A DNA stretch of 49,332 bases, taken from IMG/VR virus record IMGVR_UViG_3300025451_000018, positions 1-49,332 of that record; one strand, 5' to 3'. Positions 46,274 through 49,332 of this stretch are shown in pieces. Position numbers and translations under genes: made by a program. This DNA is from a virus (Duplodnaviria > Caudoviricetes). The notes beneath the pieces are model-generated. The model was not told where the DNA came from. It made no database searches and was given only the letters and a program-made list of their open reading frames with translations. Positions within the stretch are counted from its first letter, which is position 1. Every line of letters begins with the position of its first letter.

Positions 46274-46567
46274 TTAGACCTCCTCGGTCTGGATGTGGTT
46301 GTCGCCAACGGGATCAGCCCCACAGCGTGAGCAGTGGGCACCGTCAGCGAGGCCCGAAGCCTCGAAGATGCGGGCCACCGCGTTGACCTCGTCGAGGTGG
46401 GCGGCGAAGCAAGCGTCACAAGCCACGCCTTGAAACGTGCCGTCCTCACAGGCCACGAGGAATCCGTCGATGAAATAGCGTCCGTAACTTCCGATCTGGC
46501 GGTACTCGACCACCGTTCCGATCAGGACGTAACCTCCGTACCGGTACTCGACTTTGTCGCCGCGCAT
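46274..46567 (-). CDS. Hypothetical protein with Cys-rich C-terminal module, copy 1
   Basis: ACDAC...HCSRCG; GGAGG RBS. Confidence 0.7.
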   Translation of the reverse strand: MRGDKVEYRYGGYVLIGTVVEYRQIGSYGRYFIDGFLVACEDGTFQGVACDACFAAHLDEVNAVARIFEASGLADGAHCSRCGADPVGDNHIQTEEV

Positions 46568-46903
46568 GGAACCTCCTAAGTAGTGGTGGCCGGCTGCCCC
46601 AGCCGACGCTGGGTGAAGAATAGAATCTGGTCGATGTCTTTGTTGGACAGGTCAGCCCACGAGGCCGTCCCGAAGTTGCCGTCTTCATCAGTCCAGGTGA
46701 TTCGAACCTCGGTATTGAACACGGCTATACCTCCTCGGTCTGGATGTGGTTGTCGCCAACGGGATCAGCCCCACAGCGTGAGCAGTGGGCACCGTCAGCG
46801 AGGCCCGAAGCCTCGAAGATGCGAGCCATCGTGATCATGTCCAGGTGCGCCGCGAAGCAAGCGTCACAAGCCACGCCTTGAAACGTGCCGTCCTCACAGG
46901 CCA
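46278..46903. repeat. ~180-bp direct repeat (two copies)
   Basis: 95 bp identical (46278-46372 = 46729-46823) plus 52 bp identical (46404-46455 = 46852-46903). Confidence 0.9.
46576..46722 (-). CDS. 48-aa hypothetical protein
   Basis: MFNTEVRITWTDEDGNFGTASW...; GGAGG RBS. Confidence 0.55.
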   Translation of the reverse strand: MFNTEVRITWTDEDGNFGTASWADLSNKDIDQILFFTQRRLGQPATTT

Positions 46904-47006
46904 GGAGGAGCGTGGCCGGCTGCTTGCAGCGACCGCACAGAACGCGGCCACCTCGTGCCTTGGCGTTGTCGATGTACTGCCGTGCCTCGGTAATGGTGAC
47001 GATCAC
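46725..47006 (-). CDS. Hypothetical protein with Cys-rich C-terminal module, copy 2
   Basis: CGRC...ACDAC...HCSRCG. Confidence 0.7.
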   Translation of the reverse strand: MIVTITEARQYIDNAKARGGRVLCGRCKQPATLLLACEDGTFQGVACDACFAAHLDMITMARIFEASGLADGAHCSRCGADPVGDNHIQTEEV

Positions 47007-47206
47007 CGTGATACCTCCTCAGGTGTTGGGTTGATGTATGCGTTGCCTGTGTCGGGGTCGATCCACAGGCACTGTCCGTCGATGTCGGACCCGTCCTCGA
47101 ACTGACAGATCGGGAGCTGTGGAACCTCAGTCGGTGGCTGGGCCAGGAGCAAGGCTCCAGTCGCCGCCAAGGCTGCGAGGCCGGCTGTGAACAGGTGGTA
47201 TCTCAT
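47003..47206 (-). CDS. Small secreted/membrane protein
   Basis: Hydrophobic N-terminus, LPICQFEDGS...CLWIDPDTGNAY. Confidence 0.7.
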   Translation of the reverse strand: MRYHLFTAGLAALAATGALLLAQPPTEVPQLPICQFEDGSDIDGQCLWIDPDTGNAYINPTPEEVSR

Positions 47207-47207
47207 A

Positions 47208-47462
47208 TCAGAACGGCAGTCCCTTCAGGATGTGGTAGTTGGGCTTGTGAGGCATGTCTGCTGTGCGAGTACCGAACTCGCCGGCTATCGCCTTGAGACG
47301 CCAACCAGCCTCACGCCAGCGGATCGCGATATCTTCCGCGATCCGCTCGGCCTCGGAGAGGCCGGCTCGGCGCTCGGCCTCGATGCCTTGTTCGTACTCG
47401 GCCTGCGCCTCCCATTCACAGCTCGGGCACAGCACGCCCAGGATTTCGTAGCTGTAGCTCAC
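47208..47462 (-). CDS. Hypothetical protein
   Basis: GTG after GGAGG; CPSC. Confidence 0.55.
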   Translation of the reverse strand: MSYSYEILGVLCPSCEWEAQAEYEQGIEAERRAGLSEAERIAEDIAIRWREAGWRLKAIAGEFGTRTADMPHKPNYHILKGLPF

Positions 47463-47507
47463 GCCTCCCGAACCCTCGCGAACGCTCGTGCAACAACCCC
47501 GCATGGC

Positions 47508-47879
47508 TCACTTCCTCAGTTCGTCGTGGTAGACCTTGAACGCTTCAGCGATCACGTCGGCCAAGTCTTGTGCGTAGGCGTCGAGATCCAGATGGAATGC
47601 GATTGGGCCGTTGTCCGAAGGCTGGCCCATCCAGGTGTCGATGCCTTCAGAGTCATCGTTCGGGTAGAACCCGACGCCCAAACCCATCGGAGCCTCGTTG
47701 TCCTCTTCCCACTGGATCTGCTCTCGCATGTTCGACAGTGCCTCGTTGGTGGCAACGATCCAGTGACCCGTTTCGAGCCGTGCCTCCCAAGCGATACAGC
47801 CACCACCCGTACCGACCTCGCGAAGCGAGATCCCGAACCGTGCCTTGACCTCGGCCAGTGCGTCAGATGCCTTGCTCAT
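47508..47879 (-). CDS. Hypothetical protein
   Basis: GTGGGCIAW motif; coupled. Confidence 0.7.
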   Translation of the reverse strand: MSKASDALAEVKARFGISLREVGTGGGCIAWEARLETGHWIVATNEALSNMREQIQWEEDNEAPMGLGVGFYPNDDSEGIDTWMGQPSDNGPIAFHLDLDAYAQDLADVIAEAFKVYHDELRK

Positions 47880-48007
47880 TTGTCTTCCCTCTTCCAGTTG
47901 TTTCGGTTGCCCTTACCGGGGTGCTTGAGTGCTCGTGCCTTGTTGGCCGGCTTGGCCGCTGCTCGTGCCTGAGCTAGCCGACGCTCGGCGTGCTCACGTC
48001 CTGCCAT
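47876..48007 (-). CDS. Small basic protein
   Basis: KHPGKGNRNNWK; RBS adjacent to a stoperator. Confidence 0.6.
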   Translation of the reverse strand: MAGREHAERRLAQARAAAKPANKARALKHPGKGNRNNWKREDK

Positions 48008-48021
48008 GTCTTCCTCTTCCG

Positions 48022-48034
48022 GTTCGTTGTCAAG
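48022..48034 (+). promoter_or_regulatory. Stoperator
   Basis: GTTCGTTGTCAAG. Confidence 0.85.
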
Positions 48035-48076
48035 CAAGGATGATGTACTCGGCCAGGCCATGTTGGTGCCCTTCTC

Positions 48077-48802
48077 TCAGTGTTTGACGATGACGATGTC
48101 TTGCCGGCGTCCGGTGGAAGTGCCACCGCAGGACAGGCAGGTGGAGCACGTGGTCTTGAATCCGGCCTCGGCGCTAGCGGGGCAGACCACCTCACCCGTC
48201 TGCCGTGCCTCGGTAGCCAAGCGAACTCGGAACGCTCGGTAACCCTTGAGCCGTGCCTCACGGCGGTCCTCGACGGAATCTGCCGATGCCATGCACAACT
48301 CGGCAAACCTAGGATCTGCCGTACGCCATTGGTGCGTGTACCCGGTGACGGCCTCGGCCACCGAAGCTATCGCCTGCCAGATCTCAAAAGGGACCGCCGC
48401 CGGATCGCCATAGCTACCGAACCGAACCCTCTTACCCGCGAACGCTTCAAGACGGAACGGGGCAGAACCCGTTGCCTTGTGCGCCTTCCACGTTGAAGTC
48501 TGAGCGAAACCACGCCGCAGATTCTTGTGCGTGTAGCAGTCGCCGACTCCTCCCGATGCCTTGGATCGGTGAGTGCAGTTGCCGCAGATATCCACGTCTC
48601 GGCCCTGCTTGATAGCCTCGGTCGGATTCACGTCTCGGGTCAAGATGGCAATCTGGATCATGTCACCGGTCTTGGCGTTGTTCGATGCCTTGGCCCTGCT
48701 TGGCCTGCCCGATGCCTTGGGGACTCCTGTGGCCAAGACCACGATGGGTTCACCGGTCAGGGCACTCGGGCCCTCCCAGATCAGCATGCGCTCGGTTGCC
48801 AT
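48077..48802 (-). CDS. Cys-rich gp88-like protein (possible Fe-S/radical-SAM-like)
   Basis: NAKTG...ICGNC...CY...RFGSYGDP...GYTHQW...CPAS...CSTCLSC. Confidence 0.7.
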   Translation of the reverse strand: MATERMLIWEGPSALTGEPIVVLATGVPKASGRPSRAKASNNAKTGDMIQIAILTRDVNPTEAIKQGRDVDICGNCTHRSKASGGVGDCYTHKNLRRGFAQTSTWKAHKATGSAPFRLEAFAGKRVRFGSYGDPAAVPFEIWQAIASVAEAVTGYTHQWRTADPRFAELCMASADSVEDRREARLKGYRAFRVRLATEARQTGEVVCPASAEAGFKTTCSTCLSCGGTSTGRRQDIVIVKH

Positions 48803-48804
48803 GT

Positions 48805-48948
48805 CTAGCTCCGTTCGTTGTTAAGGTTGGGGTTTAAAGATCGGACGTTGACGTACTTCAACTCCCCGGTCGGAAGATGCTTGGCCAGGGCACGCATGGT
48901 CTCGCCTGCCCCGTCCACTACCAGCACTTTGTATTCGCCGTAGATCAT
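48805..48948 (-). CDS. 47-aa hypothetical protein
   Basis: MIYGEYKVLVVDGAGETMRALAKHLPTGELKY...; TAATG coupling. Confidence 0.5.
   Translation of the reverse strand: MIYGEYKVLVVDGAGETMRALAKHLPTGELKYVNVRSLNPNLNNERS
48813..48825 (+). promoter_or_regulatory. Stoperator-like site (1 mismatch)
   Basis: GTTCGTTGTTAAG. Confidence 0.7.
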
Positions 48949-49187
48949 TACGCGCTCCATCCCTGTCGGTTTTTCTCGGCTTCGGTGGCGTTGGTGGAGA
49001 CGGGGGAGTACTCCCCCATGTCAAGCCTTGGTGCCGCGAACGGCATCTTGATCGAGACCCGTTCGGTAACTCGGGCCTCCCGAGTACTCGGGAGACCACG
49101 CCCGACCAGACCATCGTTAGCGTCGATGCCTGTCGAAAACAGTTCGCTGATGTTGTCACGGCCCAAGCGTCGTTTACGTCGTGCCAT
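48948..49187 (-). CDS. Last right-arm gene (L5 gp89-like)
   Basis: MARRKRRLGRD...DGLVGRGLPS; AAGGA RBS after a stoperator. Confidence 0.7.
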   Translation of the reverse strand: MARRKRRLGRDNISELFSTGIDANDGLVGRGLPSTREARVTERVSIKMPFAAPRLDMGEYSPVSTNATEAEKNRQGWSA

Positions 49188-49200
49188 TGTCGTGTCCTTT

Positions 49201-49213
49201 GTTCGTTGTCAAG
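49201..49213 (+). promoter_or_regulatory. Stoperator/operator
   Basis: GTTCGTTGTCAAG upstream of the first leftward gene. Confidence 0.85.
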
Positions 49214-49216
49214 AAG

Positions 49217-49280
49217 TGAACCGGGGTGGTATCGAACCACCACCAACCACCACAGGGTTGGTGAACCGTGATCCCGGTCC
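49217..49280 (-). ncRNA. tRNA-like structure lacking a D-arm
   Basis: Acceptor GGACCGG/CCGGTTC+A, T-arm GGTGG-TTCGATA-CCACC, stem CAACC-CTGTGGT-GGTTG. Confidence 0.5.
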
Positions 49281-49332
49281 TACCTAGCGACTAGCCTGCT
49301 CTTGTCCGGTCTCCCGGAGCGCTAGGACGCAG

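Noticed and set aside
46278-46903. Diversity-generating retroelement TR/VR pair
   Set aside because: No reverse transcriptase is present, and the differences include an indel and are not adenine-specific.
49217-49280. Canonical tRNA-His gene
   Set aside because: No D-arm, a 2-nt variable region and no His identity end. Kept only as a tRNA-like element; no canonical tRNA genes were seen elsewhere.

Overview
This looks like an essentially complete genome of a GC-rich, Cluster A-type (L5/D29/Bxb1-like) mycobacteriophage siphovirus. The rightward left arm (0.36-27.7 kb) carries HNH, small terminase, two adaptor-plus-fibre modules, lysin A/holin, packaging, head and tail genes, and a cutinase-fold hydrolase. 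The leftward right arm (27.9-49.2 kb) carries dCMP deaminase, Pol I, class II RNR, NrdH, a split primase, EndoVII, a helicase, a Cas4/RecB-like nuclease, a split C5 methyltransferase and many small ORFs. Most notable: (1) about 16 transcription-oriented 13-bp stoperator-like sites (GTTCGTTGTCAAG), yet no recognisable immunity repressor; (2) only a ~60-codon C-terminal relic of a probable serine integrase, abutting an attP-like palindrome; (3) a two-frame overlapping methyltransferase bounded by 21-bp direct repeats; (4) a D-armless tRNA-like fold in the right-end leader; (5) a run of ~8 hairpins at the left end. All product calls rest on motif recognition, recalled family resemblance and synteny by eye. 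No database searches were run.
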